DNA of 56,888 bases, counting the filler, from Porpidia crustulata (Eukaryota), in the NCBI GenBank assembly GCA_964255105.1. It is 7 parts of 7 records of this genome, joined end to end, with 100 filler letters (N's around TTAATTAATTAA, not from the genome) between each part and the next. Parts side by side here need not be neighbours in the genome. Positions count along the whole stretch, not along the records: positions 8,154 to 16,202 come from CAXUWE010001187.1; positions 16,303 to 24,347 come from CAXUWE010001188.1; positions 24,448 to 32,488 come from CAXUWE010001189.1; 4 more parts are not named here. One strand, 5' to 3'. Both the position numbers and the translations under genes were made by a program. Of this stretch, positions 13,625-26,796 are shown piece after piece; position 1 is the stretch's first letter; every line of letters starts with the position of its first letter. Under the pieces are notes generated by a model. The model ran no database searches. It was not told where the DNA came from and saw only the letters and a list, made by a program, of their open reading frames with translations.

Positions 13625-14423
13625 ATAAAGCTCACATCCGAAGGTCGTGCCGACGCTGGGAATCTGGAGTTAGCTCCTTGCGATGACCCAGAATCATGTG
13701 GAGAGACCTCCGACAACAAGATCCACTATGTACAGCAGGTCCCTAGTTGCACTCAACGGATATGGGGATTGGCTCCAACGATCTTTTGGGTCTTGATTCT
13801 TCTCATCGTTACCATCATGGCCGCTGGCGTTGGAGCTGGTCTAGGTGTAGGTCTGTCGTTCAAGTCAAATATTGCCAGGTAATGATCTACACTATTCATA
13901 TGTACTGTGCAGAAAGCTGACCATGTTGTTCTGTAGTACATCATCTTCAATAGTAACCTCCACCATTCCTTTGTGTAGCGTCAAAGGAAGCTCATAACCA
14001 GTTCTTCAACTTCCACTACTTCGTCCTGTCCGACCTTAATCTCAGCTATCTGGCCAACGAGACACTCTATTGTACTCAAGCATCTAATAATTGCGCTTCT
14101 ACCGCATGTAACTTTAACTCTGCCACGTTCACGTATATTATCCGCTGCGGCTACACTTATAACGAGTCTTACAATGTGACAGCACTGGCAATATCATTGA
14201 CCTCCGACATATCCCATCAACGAACTTCTCTACTTATATCATTGCTTAGTCAATCTATAGCACACAAGTCTCTCCAGGAGTAGGACAACATGGCCTCAAT
14301 GAGCTATGCAGTGGGGTAACAGTCACACAAAATGGAATGTGCCAGCTCAAGAGTGGAGTGGAAGCAGGGACGAGGATTTCTGAGCTTGAAGGACAAGGGC
14401 AATTAGCCATATTGCTTTCGTGA
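13625..14423 (+). pseudogene. Degenerate type II membrane protein with Ser/Thr stalk and Cys-containing (PAN/apple-like) C-terminal domain
   Basis: Reads QRIWGLAPTIFWVLILLIVTIMAAGVGAGLGVGL, then a GTAATG...CTGAC...TAG intron, an S/T tract and ...DLRHIPSTNFSTYIIA*SIYS...LCSGVTVTQNGMCQLKSG...LAILLS*. Internal stops at 13995 and 14247, frameshifts, and ATA where a start ATG is expected. Confidence 0.6.
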
Positions 14424-15634
14424 GAAGAACCTTAAGACTAAGGCCTTACCGCCTTAACCATTCCAGTTGCAATTCCACCGGCAATAGACTCAATTAATAT
14501 AGTGTAGGCATTGGACACCTTGTGATGCCAATCTTACCTAGATACAAAGCGCACGAGCTTGGACGTCATCGATCAGTCTGGGGACAGCCAATACTACGGC
14601 TGACGACCAAAAAAATTCAGAATGCGTTTGGATCAGTCCATCTTCATCTTTCTTATGTCAACACACCGTCTTGCACTTCCCTTGAACTTGAGATCAAATC
14701 AAGGCACGAGAGAAGCCTAACGTCATTCTCGAACAATTGAGTTAAGAAGCATGATAAATCACGGTGAGGATTGATGACTTCCTCGGACATTGACCTATTG
14801 CTCTGAATGTTACCACGGGGTTTTGTATGGTTGGCGGCCATAACGTAACCATCAAACCTATCTGATGCAATTACGAGAACAATTCACGTCGTAGAGTTGA
14901 GTTTACTACATTAAATGAAAAATCCATGCCATGATTTACTTTCTCTTCGAGGCGAATAGAGCCTCTACCAGTCTTCTAATACCGTCGTTCATTATACATG
15001 TCCGACGGCTTCATTTACCAACCTGACTTCCAAGACCTCGTCTCCTTGGGCCTGATCAACTGCGATTTCAGAGGCTAGCCTCTTCATTGATTTTGCTAGC
15101 TTTGACTTAGACCATTGATAAAGCATCTCAAGAAAGACTTTCTCCTCTCAATCTCCTTGTCTGCTGACTCGGTCGGAAAAAATAGACATCTTGCATAGCT
15201 GGGCAATATTCCATTCTTTGACAAGCTAGGTAGCGGTTGTCAAAGGCGAAGTAGAAGTTGGAATTAGTCTTTGTCCCGAGTCTCGTTGTTCTAAATTTAC
15301 TGTGACAAAGATCCTCTATAATTTACATTGTCGTAAAAGAGAGAACAAAAAAGAATGCTTGTTCTCGGATATGAAGACAATCTCCAACATAGAAATGTTT
15401 TATTACTATCTTGTTCTTTTTCAGTTTGACCGCAACAGCTATTTAGACCTCCAAAAAGCCGTCCAGATAGCAGACAACCACCCCCGAAGCTTAGACCCCG
15501 ACTCAGACGACTTTGAAGAAGACGAACTCAGAGATCCAACAGCCCTAAGCGTCGAGGCATTGCAGGCAGTACCAAACGAGCACTAGGACGAGAAACTCAG
15601 AATCGCCAGGGCAAAACTCGAAGCTTTCCGCGTG

Positions 15635-16202
15635 ATGACGACCGCTTATGGCTACAAGGTCATGTACCTTGGTCCCAACGACACGCACGCGCGATACTAC
15701 GACAATCCTCCCCCGCCAACGCACGGCTGGGTAAAAATGACATTTGATGGAAAGAAGGCACATACGGAGAGTCATTCCCCCGTACGCGGACACGAGCGAA
15801 ACCGTAGACATTCGCCGCGGAGACGGTCACCCGACGACCACGACGACTATCCTACCGGACGCGGACGAGAGCGGCCAAATGTCAACTACCGCAAAACCCA
15901 GTCGTGGACCGAGAACGGCTACGAGTACAAAGAGTACGAGCCTTATTTCGGGGACTCGGACTCCGACGAATCCGAGCCCTGCTACGACTACTACAAAGAC
16001 TCCTCCGACCGCGGACACGACCGAAGCCACCGATCCTCTTACCGTCCCCATCGCTCACCCTCGCCTCCCTACCGCGGCTCCGACCGAAGCTCGCGCACCT
16101 CCTCGTACGCCGGATACCGCTACCCCTCCCCCGACCGCCAGCGCACCCACAGCTATTCCCACCGCACCGGCTCCCACGCCCCGGATCCGTATCCCTCTGG
16201 GG
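15635..16202 (+). CDS. Arg/Ser/Tyr/Asp-rich hypothetical protein, 3'-partial
   Basis: About 190 codons open to the contig end, with strong C-ending codon bias and RSPSP / RRRSP motifs. Family not recognised. Confidence 0.6.
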
Positions 16203-16302
16203 NNNNNNNNNNNNNNNNNNNNNNNNNNNNNNNNNNNNNNNNNNNNTTAATTAATTAANNNNNNNNNNNNNNNNNNNNNNNNNNNNNNNNNNNNNNNNNN
16301 NN
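16203..16302. other. Artificial contig spacer
   Basis: N44-TTAATTAATTAA-N44. Confidence 0.98.
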
Positions 16303-16711
16303 GGGTGGGGATGGGGATGTAGAGAGTACGGACGCGTCCGCCCTTTCGGAAAGTTTAGCACTGGATACTGTCCTACAGCGAATCGATTCGGCGCTTACTT
16401 TGGCATTCCACAGGGTCAAGGCGACATTTGCTCCGGCGCAATTGCGGACCTCAGTCGCGAAAAGACTTGGATCGGGGTCATCCTTAGTCGGGTAAGCCAT
16501 CGAACAATACAGCAGGAAGACCACACTGTACCACTTGACGTCCATTGATACCAATGGTAAAGTCAAACCAGGGCTCAATGGATATTTCGGGGTTCTTGTT
16601 GCGCAGGACCTGGAAGCCGAAAGCGCCATGTCCATCTCCAGATTTTGACGAAAGGGTGTCGGAGTCAAGCCGGGAGATGAAGCGATTGAGAGCTCCGAAG
16701 ACGGTACTCAT
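16303..16711 (-). CDS. GRH1: GRASP55/65 family Golgi reassembly stacking protein, 3'-partial
   Basis: Spliced translation MSTVFGALNRFISRLDSD...GAFGFQVLRNKN..IEPWFDFTIGINGRQV|DDPDPSLFATEVRNCAGANVALTLWNAK|GGRVRTLYIPIPT matches the fungal GRASP PDZ-like N-terminus. Confidence 0.88.
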
Positions 16712-17035
16712 CCTTCAGATCGCTACTGTCCAAGTTATGGTGAATGCCTCGGGTTGGTTCTCTCGACTGGGCTATATTGGAGCTTTCCAGACAAATGGAA
16801 AGCTGCTGCTGCGGTGGTCCGCGCTAGCCGTAAGGAGCTATACTGTCAACTGTCGAGCGGCTGGAACTGCTTAAGACGGCGGTCGACCGCCGAGTCAGCA
16901 CAGAGAGTTCCAGGCGCCTTTATACCAAACCCGTTAAATTATTCCGCCAACGTGCGCTTACCAGGTGCCAGGTACGAGCTTTGATCAGGGCTAACTCTAC
17001 TCTACCGAGGTTGCTAATAAAAGCTTATTTTAGCG

Positions 17036-17338
17036 ATTGCGGGGACGTCATTGCGGGGTGCTACCGGGGTAACCTATTTGATTGTGGGGAGTGTTGTAGT
17101 AGTATCTCCCCTGAGTGTTCTTGGACTAGACTCCAAATATTAAACAGGAAAGTCAAGGACTGTTTCTAGGAATCAACACTCAAGGCTCATGAGTAATCGT
17201 AACTCTAGGCAAACCCTACTACCTTGTGGGAGTACCGTGTAAGCCATCGTGAGATGCTTGACCCGGTGTCAGCTCAAGATACTATTCAGTCCAATCAACC
17301 GCACACAGCGAGCAGTTGTCATGCTCGAAAATGCGGGG
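17036..17338 (+). promoter_or_regulatory. Cluster of CreA/Mig1-type SYGGRG sites upstream of the GH31 gene
   Basis: GCGGGG at 17039 and 17053 and GTGGGG at 17084 are each preceded by ATT; a further GCGGGG at 17333. TATATAA at ~17578. Confidence 0.45.
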
Positions 17339-17655
17339 CTTTATGCAACGCTTTGTCTTCTTGTGTGTAGAATTTCCGACACACCTCGGAATTCTGGTCA
17401 CAAGGATCGACGAGAAATTCCCTCCCTGTCCGTTGTGAGGGGAACGGCCCTACCGACCCAGCACTGGGACATGATACTACTACTGTGCAACCCGGTCAGT
17501 GAAGTCCAATACTACTCTGTAAATATGATTACGAGGGTGTTAATGTGGGTCAAGTGAATGAGAGGAGCACATGGGGATATATAAGGATCGTGGGAACTAC
17601 TAGTACGTCCATCTTCATTCAAAGCAACTACAGCGCATCCATCCTGACCATCGCG

Positions 17656-20463
17656 ATGCAGTCGCTAAGGAGAGGAGCTGTGCTGTCGTGCCTTGTCTTT
17701 CTTGCGTTTGGTGCTACGAGTGATGTCAATACTTGCCCAGGCTATGCGGCCTCTAATGTCCAGCAGTCAGAGTCGACCCTCACTGCCGACTTGACGCTCG
17801 CTGGCCCTCCATGCAATGTGTATGGAATCGATTGGGTCAACTTGAAGCTATTGGTAGAGTATCAGACTGGTAAGAAATTGTGTTCAAGGCGAATAGGGGC
17901 TCCCATGCTGACAAAATTCCCCCAGACACGAGGATCCATGTTCAAATCCATGATGTCGAAGAGAATGTGTATCAAGTACCTGCATCGGTCTTTCCCCGAC
18001 CCTCTGCGAATGGCGCAAGCAGCATCGATGAGGCTACAATCAAATTCTCTTACGTTGCCGAACCATTTTCATTTGCGATTCAGCGAAGTGACAATTCGGA
18101 CACAATCTTTAATACAAGTGGCTCGAGCCTGATCTTCGAAAATCAATATTTACGTCTACGTACCCAATTGCCTGCAAACCCTAATCTTTATGGGCTCGGA
18201 GAGAGCACCGACCCTTTTCGCCTCCCCACAACCAACTACATTCGCACCATATGGAATCGAGATGCTTATGAGATTCCAGTGGGCACAAATCTTTATGGAG
18301 CTCACCCAGTATATTTCGAACATAGAGCCAGCAGCAAGACACACGGTGTTTTCCTTTTGAGCTCTAGTGGAATGGACATCAAAATCAATAATACCGCTGT
18401 GGATGGCCAGTATCTAGAGTACAATACTATAGGGGGTATACTCGATTTTTATTTCATGGCCGGACCTGGACCCTTGGATGTTGCGAGGCAATACAGTGAA
18501 GTCGCTGGTGTCCCTGCTATGATGCCATACTGGGGTCTTGGGTTTCATCAATGCAAATATGGTTATCAAGATGTCTACGAGGTAGCCGATGTGGTATACA
18601 ATTACAGCCAGGCGAACATCCCGCTTGAGACTATGTGGACCGATATTGATTACATGGATGGACGCAAGATCTTCACTGTGGATCCGCAGCGCTTTCCAAT
18701 GCCGAAGGTGCGTGAGCTGGTTACACATCTGCATAACGCCAATCAGCACTACATTGTCATGGTGGATCCTGCAGTTGCGTATCAAGATTATCCGGCCTTC
18801 AACAATGGAATCTCCCAGGACATTTTCCTTAAACTTGCCAATGGCTCGATATATCAAGGTAGACCAATATAGACTCATCCGCAATTTCTATTCTCTCACA
18901 GATACTGACTCGATTATAGGTGTGGTTTGGCCCGGGGTAACGGCGTTTCCCGATTGGTTCAATCCGAATACGCAAGGTTACTGGAACAGCGAATTCGATA
19001 CGTTTTTCAGTGCAACAGACGGGATCGATATTGATGCACTTTGGATTGACATGAATGAAGCCTCAAATTTCTGCAAATTCCCATGCACAGATGCGACAGC
19101 CTATGCGCAGACCAACGGGTTCCCTCCTCCACCTCCTCCAGTGCGCGGGTCTCCAATGGCACTGCCAGGTTGGCCAGCAGATTTCCAACCTGGAAGCAGT
19201 GCTAAAATGGTTAAAAGAGCCGGCGATGGCTCCAAGACAGGACTGTCGGGTAGAGATCTGCTCAACCCTGAGTACATGATTCACAACGCGAATGGAGTTC
19301 TGAGCATGAACACGCTCAATACGGACCTTATCCATTTTGGTGGATATGCGGACTATGATGTTCATAATCTGTATGGGACTATGATGAGTACCACGAGTAG
19401 AGGTGCTCTACTTAGCCGAAGACCCACAAAGAGACCATTGGTCATAACCCGCTCCACATTCGCTGGTGCCGGGACCAAAGTCGGACACTGGCTAGGCGAC
19501 AACTCGGCAACATGGCACGACTATTTAATCTCTATAGCTGGAATGCTCGAGTTTGCCTCCATTTTCCAAGTCCCCATGGTCGGCAGCGATGTCTGTGGCT
19601 ATGCGCAGAATACTACAGAGGAGCTTTGCGCTCGCTGGGCTATGCTTGGCGCCTTCTACCCGTTCTATCGCAATCATGCTGCCAGTGATGTGATTAACCA
19701 TGAATTCTACCGATGGGCCTCCGTCGCGGAAGCTGCTCGTGTTGCCATCGACGCTCGATACCGAATGTTGGACTACTTTTACACGGCCATGAACCAGCAG
19801 ACGTTTGACGGTACTCCTTTGGTCAATGCCATGTGGTACTTGTACCCGTCGGATTCGAACACTTTCGGCATTGACCAGCAGTGGTTTTTTGGACCTAGCG
19901 TGTTGGTGTCCCCAGTGACACAGGAGGGTGCAACAAGCGTACAGATCTATCTTCCCAATGACATCTTCTATGACTTCTTCACCTACCAGGCAGTCCGCGG
20001 CCAGGGATCGAGCATAACGTTGACGAACATCGGGTTGACCCAGATTCCACTTCACATCAAGGGTGGCTCAGTACTTCCTCTCCGTATCGCGAGCGCAAAC
20101 ACCACGACTGCTCTGCGCGAGAATGACTTTAACATCGTTGTCGCTCCCGGCCTCGATAGCAAAGCTGCGGGAACTTTGTACCTGGACGACGGAGAATCGA
20201 TCGTACAGGTTGGCACATCCAATATCCAGTTCAGCTATGCTAATTCCGCCCTCCACATGAGCGGCACATATGGCTACAACGTTGGTACCGTCAAGATGGC
20301 GCAGGTTGTCTTTTTAGGGTTGCCTGCCGCACCCGCTTTTGTGGCTCTAGATCACCATCGACTTTCAAGCTCTCAATACGTGTACAATTCCACCAATGGA
20401 GCACTCACAGTCAGCGTCAACACTACACTGTCGCAGGATCATGTGGTGGACTACGGCAAGTAG
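17656..20463 (+). CDS. Secreted GH31 alpha-glucosidase (AgdC-like), 3 exons
   Basis: Exons 17656-17869, 17926-18858, 18920-20463. Signal peptide, CPGY N-terminus, [17 protein letters not shown], catalytic WIDMNE and [17 protein letters not shown]. Confidence 0.95.
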
Positions 20464-21030
20464 AGACGGGAAGGGCAACAATTACCGTGTCATTAACGGC
20501 AGAGGTGTGATGAAACGGCAGAATAATACACCAATTAGCTAGCTGGAAACTCCGTATTACATAATCTACTTCTTGGACTAAGGCTTAATAAATACCTACA
20601 TGCTGAAGCTCCAAGCCTCCACCAAAAGTGATACATAGTAGATCTGTAACAAGTTCCAGATTGGTGCGGACAGCCACAACGGGAAGAACACAAGCCGAGA
20701 TCACGGGATAGAGTATTATCGTATCATATCGTTCAGCCTCACGCCTTGAGCTGCAGGACAATGGATCCTAAACGTAAGCGCTTACATCCTGCGCTTCCTC
20801 CTCATTTAACACGTTACAATTTACCCACAACCCAAGCTTTGCGCTCTCCAAACCACTCGTAAACATCGCTCAAGGTATAGTAGTCAACATATACGAATCC
20901 ATTTAACATCGTTTCGAGTACTGAGCAGTTCCTTGATTCACCAAAATCCATTCAACCTGCTTTTCTGGAATCACAATCGAAACAATCTCAACGTCAGAGC
21001 TTGTGGTAGTTGCTCCTAGAATCTTCCATC

Positions 21031-21910
21031 ATGGTTCAAATCCTCATTATCATCGCGGGCTTCACGTATCTGGCGGCTCAAGCCCAAGCCAACACCATCA
21101 TCGTCAATGTCGGCGAAGGCGGCCTTAACTATAAGCCTGACAGTGTGACTGCTGTTAAGGGAGATACTGTCGAGTTCGTCTTTGCCGCCCAAGGTGTAAG
21201 TCTTTTTGCCCGGACTTATAATTTCGGGTTGCCAGAAATGGCATGCTTGTTATGCGCGACACGACAGGAGATGAGAAACGAGACTAATTCGAGGATGTAT
21301 TCTAGAACCACTCTGTCGCGCAATCCGAAGGCTTCACCAAACCATGCCACCCCATGAAGAACGGCTTCTTCTCTGGTTACTTTCCGGCCCTCACGGGTCC
21401 GTCGAACATGTCCTTCGCCCTCACCATCAATGACACCGCTCCCATCTGGTACTACTGTTCTCAAGGTCCTCACTGCACTTCTGGACAGGTTGGCGTCATC
21501 AACCCGTACGGCATTCCTTGCGACTCTGAAGGCTTAGAACTGACTCGATGATCAACAGACCTGCAAACGAAACCATCGAGTCCTTCATCGCCAACGCCAA
21601 AGGCGACATGGTTACGGATAAGCCCGGGCCAATAATGGGTGGAGCTGTGATTGCAGCGGTAAACTCGACGTCATCCGGGAACTCGACGTCGACCGGCAAC
21701 TCGACCACTTCCGGTGGCTCTTCGACTGCGTCTGGATCATCTGGTAGCTCGGGGTCCCCCACGAGCTCCGGATCTTCTGGCAGCTCTGGTACCGGCACGG
21801 CGACTGGCTCTTCAGCTTCACCTACAAAGAATAGCGCATGGGCTGTGGATGCCACGGCTGCCGGCGGAGTGGGAGGGTTGGTTGCGCTCTTTGCTGCGCT
21901 CTTGCTGTAG
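21031..21910 (+). CDS. Extracellular serine-rich cupredoxin-fold protein, predicted GPI-anchored, 3 exons
   Basis: Exons 21031-21195, 21306-21505, 21559-21910. Signal peptide, GDTVEFVF, NHSVAQS..PC, GFFSG, PIWYYCSQGPHCTSGQVGVINP, S/G/T stalk and hydrophobic C-terminus. Confidence 0.88.
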
Positions 21911-22884
21911 GTGAGAACGGGTCGATTCAACTCGGCGGGCTTCGAATCTGATTACCTTGAAATATGTTCATGGTTTACACGGCATCTTGTTGCACTCCTA
22001 GGCACGATGCGATTGCGTGTCGGCAAAAGTGATTCAGCCCTAGTATCTGTATAACAATTTCTAGTCATCAATGCAAAAGATCTGACAGACCTTGTCAATC
22101 TTCCTCCCCGCTTTTCACTGATCTATGCACGAGTCACTTTAGATCGAGTTAGCAGCCCCCTTCCGAGCCATCCAAGCTAATAGCTCCGCGAATCCGTGGT
22201 CACTAATCAAGGTGCAGCTGTGCCGGACCTTGAAGGAGGTTTCTATGAGATCTGATTGGACATTCTGAATCAAATTGAGAGCTAGCATGTGATCACTTTG
22301 AAGCCAATGATGATTACAGTGCTTTGAGAAAATCACGTGATCATACCCTTCCTAACCAAACTAATGTGCAACACCGTACGGTTCAAGGGTAGAGGTATAT
22401 AGGTCTGATATGAACCGAGGCCGCTGTCACCTTTTCAGCAGTGGCTGACGAATGAAGTTTCTGTCTCTTTCAACCCTTCGACTTCTCGATCTCTCTGAAT
22501 TCATTTTCCTATCGAAAATGAATGGCATGGTGTGGCGCTGATGTGTGAGCTGAGACTACTTTATGCGATGACCTTCAAGGGAAGGGTCATATAACATGTT
22601 TTTCTGCGGATTCCCACCCTGGATCCTTCAATCGCTACTTCCCGTATTGCGATATCTCTTTCTAGAAAAAATGAACATATTGAAACGCAGGAGCGACTAT
22701 GTCAGCCTCCATAAAATTTCGCTCTCCATGCTGTTCGAATTCTCCTCATCAACTATTCTACCAAACACCCAGTGCAAACATAAGTTATCATCAACTTTCA
22801 TCGTTGCTCAACAGATTAGCTAGCCACTAGCATACATTTCTTCTCTCCACCCCAAACTTCTTATCAAAAATCACAAAACCAATA

Positions 22885-23887
22885 ATGCCTCTCACACATC
22901 TTGTCGCTTCGTTGCTATTGACGCTTCAACTGACCATCCCAGTCTACGGACAAGCAGCCACCTCCGCCGCAAAGGGTGTCAACGAGCAGGAAACTATCTG
23001 CAACGCCATTGTCAAAATGTGCCGCGGTGGCTTTCCCCAGGCCCCAGGTTCGATATCCCCCAGCTTCGAAACTTGATCCAGACCACTGATACTTTTCACA
23101 CTCGTCCAGATTGCATCGACAGATGGTGCGAAGGCGGAACTAGCGGCCCATGTGATCCCCACTGCTGCTCCCAGCCCAATCGTCTGGCCTGCATCCAAGC
23201 CATTAGCAGCTCCGCCACGGGACCAATGACCAGCGCTCCCACTCCTTTCAATGTAATTGCCGAAGTCAAGGGTCTGCAGGGCGACAAAGATGTCATGAAA
23301 CCCTGCACGAAGATGGTATCGATGATCAGCAGCTGCGTTGACAAAGCCGGATCTGCCAACGGGGAACCGGTGACGGAAGTGGCACCATGCCTTTGCTTCG
23401 ACGATCATGGACGGTATGCACCCAAGTCGTTTGATAAGCTCGCGGCTTCTTGTTACGACGTTGCGGAATCCATGTCGGCAGCTCACAGGGATGAATTATC
23501 GAAGAATTTGGTGGGGTTTTGCACGAAGAATGTGGATGTGGGACCGACGACGTCTTCTTCTGGGGTGAGAAAGCTCTTCTTGTTCTTGGGATATTATTCG
23601 TGATCACTGAATTTCTTCTGTTCCAGAGCGCCACGACTAGCACGAGCGACACGACAAGCTCCACCGGTTCACCAGGATCGAAAGGAACCTCGACCTCTGG
23701 TCCTACTGCCAGCTCGAGCACAAGCGCAGCTACGTCGGCTGTTTCTAGCTCACCCGCGTATTCGACTGCTCCTGCTGTGAGGATCTCGTGGATGGTGAGT
23801 TACTGAATCAATCTCTTCGTAGTATGTGTGTTTGCTAATTCGATGCAGGGTTTAGCGATGGTCATGTCTGCGATGTTCTTGAAGTGA
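22885..23887 (+). CDS. Secreted Cys-rich protein with Ser/Thr stalk and probable GPI signal
   Basis: Signal peptide MPLTHLVASLLLTLQLTIPVYG, Cys-rich segments (CIDRWC..CDPHCC..C; PC..C..APCLC..C..FC), S/T tract, spliced end AVRISWM|GLAMVMSAMFLK*. The first intron donor is uncertain. Confidence 0.72.
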
Positions 23888-24347
23888 TTTGTTTCTTGAC
23901 ACTGTTGAGGGAGATGTAATGGATGCTAGAGGCTTGGCGGGGTAGATGCTGGTGTAGGGATATGTGGTTTTACGGTTTGAGGTTATGGGCAAGAGGCATA
24001 CAACGCGGTACAGGACATGTGTACCATGGCTCGGGCAATTCGGCATCGGAGGTTTTCTCGACGGCTTTTCAAAGGGTATTCTGGTCATTCTCTCTATGCG
24101 CTCGAGATATCCCTATACAAATATGCTCATCGTAGTTGGAAATACAAGGTCTCTAGATCCAAGAAATGTGATCATGACATTTCAAAAACACGTGCATTAA
24201 ATATTTTCAGCGGCGCCGCCACCCATTTCGAAGGTCGGGTCTTGTGGTTGGGGAAAGCCCAGCATGGTTGTGTCTGGTGACGTTTGATTTTTCGTCAGAC
24301 TAGAGTGGGGGTGAGATAGGATGGAGAAGGTGGATGGGGATGGGGAT

Positions 24348-24447
24348 NNNNNNNNNNNNNNNNNNNNNNNNNNNNNNNNNNNNNNNNNNNNTTAATTAAT
24401 TAANNNNNNNNNNNNNNNNNNNNNNNNNNNNNNNNNNNNNNNNNNNN
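24348..24447. other. Artificial contig spacer
   Basis: N44-TTAATTAATTAA-N44. Confidence 0.98.
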
Positions 24448-25104
<657 letters not shown>

Positions 25105-25395
25105 TTCGGGGAAAGAAGGATTGAGAGAGGTTTAGTGTACAGGCATGAGCGAGGCAGTTATCGAAGAGTAGATATAAGATATTGTTCACTTCGACGTTGT
25201 GAGTGTTGCGTTCAGGAGACGGGAGCAGCCCCAGATAATTATTACTCAAGGATTCTTTGAATGGAATCGGCCAGCGGGAAGGCATGTTCCGATCGGGTCT
25301 CGCCGATTTCGGTTAGACTAGGCCCTTATCGATTGCACAGGATCTGCCTCGCACATTCTTCCCTACCACAAATTACTTGTGTTCTGCTGCAAAAG

Positions 25396-26796
25396 ATGGC
25401 CCTGTCGGTAGCTGCACCTCAGCAACATAAGCAGCCATCTCGGAAGGGAAAGAAGGCCTGGAGAAAACATGTAGATGTTATAGATATCCAGGAAGGTCTT
25501 GAGAATGTGCGGGACGAGGTGATTAAAGGGTAAATTTGATTCGTATAAGTCACGCTGTTTGTGTCTGGGATCTCTAACCGGGAAATTCCTATAATCACAG
25601 TGGTGTTATTGCCGAAAAGCCTTCAGAAGCTCTCTTCACGCTTGACACAACAGGATCAAGGGAAATTCAAAAGTCATACAAGCTTCAAAAGCCCCTGAAA
25701 TCGGATGAGATATTAGCGCTACGTTCGGCCGTTCCGGCCATTGATAGTCGCAAGCGAGCTGGTCTTACGGATGGTGCGATCAAGTCTCCTAGCAAGAGGC
25801 AAAAGAAAAACGGAGTCAGTCCGAAGGAGCTGCAGCGATTGAAAGACGTCGCATACAGAGGCGCGGCAGGTCCCAAAGACATTGTCAAAGTAGATGGTGC
25901 CGACTACGATCCTTGGGTTCCAAAGAACGAGGAAGAAGATCCAAGATTCTCGTATCTAGAGAAGCCGAAGGCTATCAAAGCACCGCAGACACTGAACCAG
26001 CCTTCAATCTCCCTGGTATTAGGGGGCGGTGCTCTCCCTGCGGTGGTAGAGCCGAAGGGTGGCTCTAGTTACAATCCAGAATTTCAGGAATGGGAGCAGG
26101 TCTTGAGCGAGGAAGGCGCGAAGGAGGTAGAGGCTGAGAAGATGAGGATTAAAGAAGCAACTATAGAACAAGAGAGAGTAGACAGAATCGCAGCCATTCA
26201 AGACGAGAGAGAGGATTACCAAACGGAGGATGAAAGTGCATGGGAGGGGGTTGAGAGCGAGCATGAAGGCGAGTGGTTGACAAAGCGCCGCCCAAACCGT
26301 AAGACACCAGCAGAAAGAAATAGAATCAAGAGACGGAAGGAGGCTGAGAGACAGGCTAAGCACGAGGCTCAAATGAAGGCGAGGAGACGGCAGACAGAAG
26401 AGATCAAGGCCATTGCAGCGAAAGTCGAAGCAGAGACCAAGGCACGGAATGCAACTTTAATCATAGGAAAGAACGAGCTGTCGGCAGTTCTGGATGACCA
26501 AATATTGCGGCGGAGGAAATTTGGCAAAGATGCGTAGGTGATTAAATGAACCTGTGGCCGGACTGTCCTAACAATCATACAGTCTTCCAGAGCCTCCATT
26601 AGAGCTGGTCTTGCCCGATGAATTGCAGGAGTCGCTCCGTCTACTGAAGCCGGAAGGAAATCTGCTGAAGGATCGATTCCGAAGTATTCTGATCAGAGGT
26701 AAGGTTGAGACACGAAAACCCATCCAGCAGCCGAAGAAAGCGAGAAAGGACTATACCGGAAAGTGGTCGTATAAGGATTTCAAGGTACCCTCGTAG
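25396..26796 (+). CDS. NOP53: Ribosome biogenesis protein Nop53, 3 exons
   Basis: KQPSRKGKKAWRKHVD, LFTLDTTG (arch-interacting-motif-like), GSSYNPEFQEW, RKTPAERNR, LELVLPDELQESLRLLKPEGNLLKDRFRS..RGKVETR, KWSYKDF. Confidence 0.95.

Noticed and set aside
8154..15600. Possible telomerase RNA or tRNA in the gene-poor contig
   Set aside because: No TAACCCTAA-type template and no tRNA cloverleaf found by eye; a covariance search would be needed to exclude other ncRNAs.
21499..21930. Antisense ORFs over GC-rich genes (also at FYV10, TFB4, BMT5 and GH31)
   Set aside because: They are shadow frames produced by codon bias of the real gene on the other strand.
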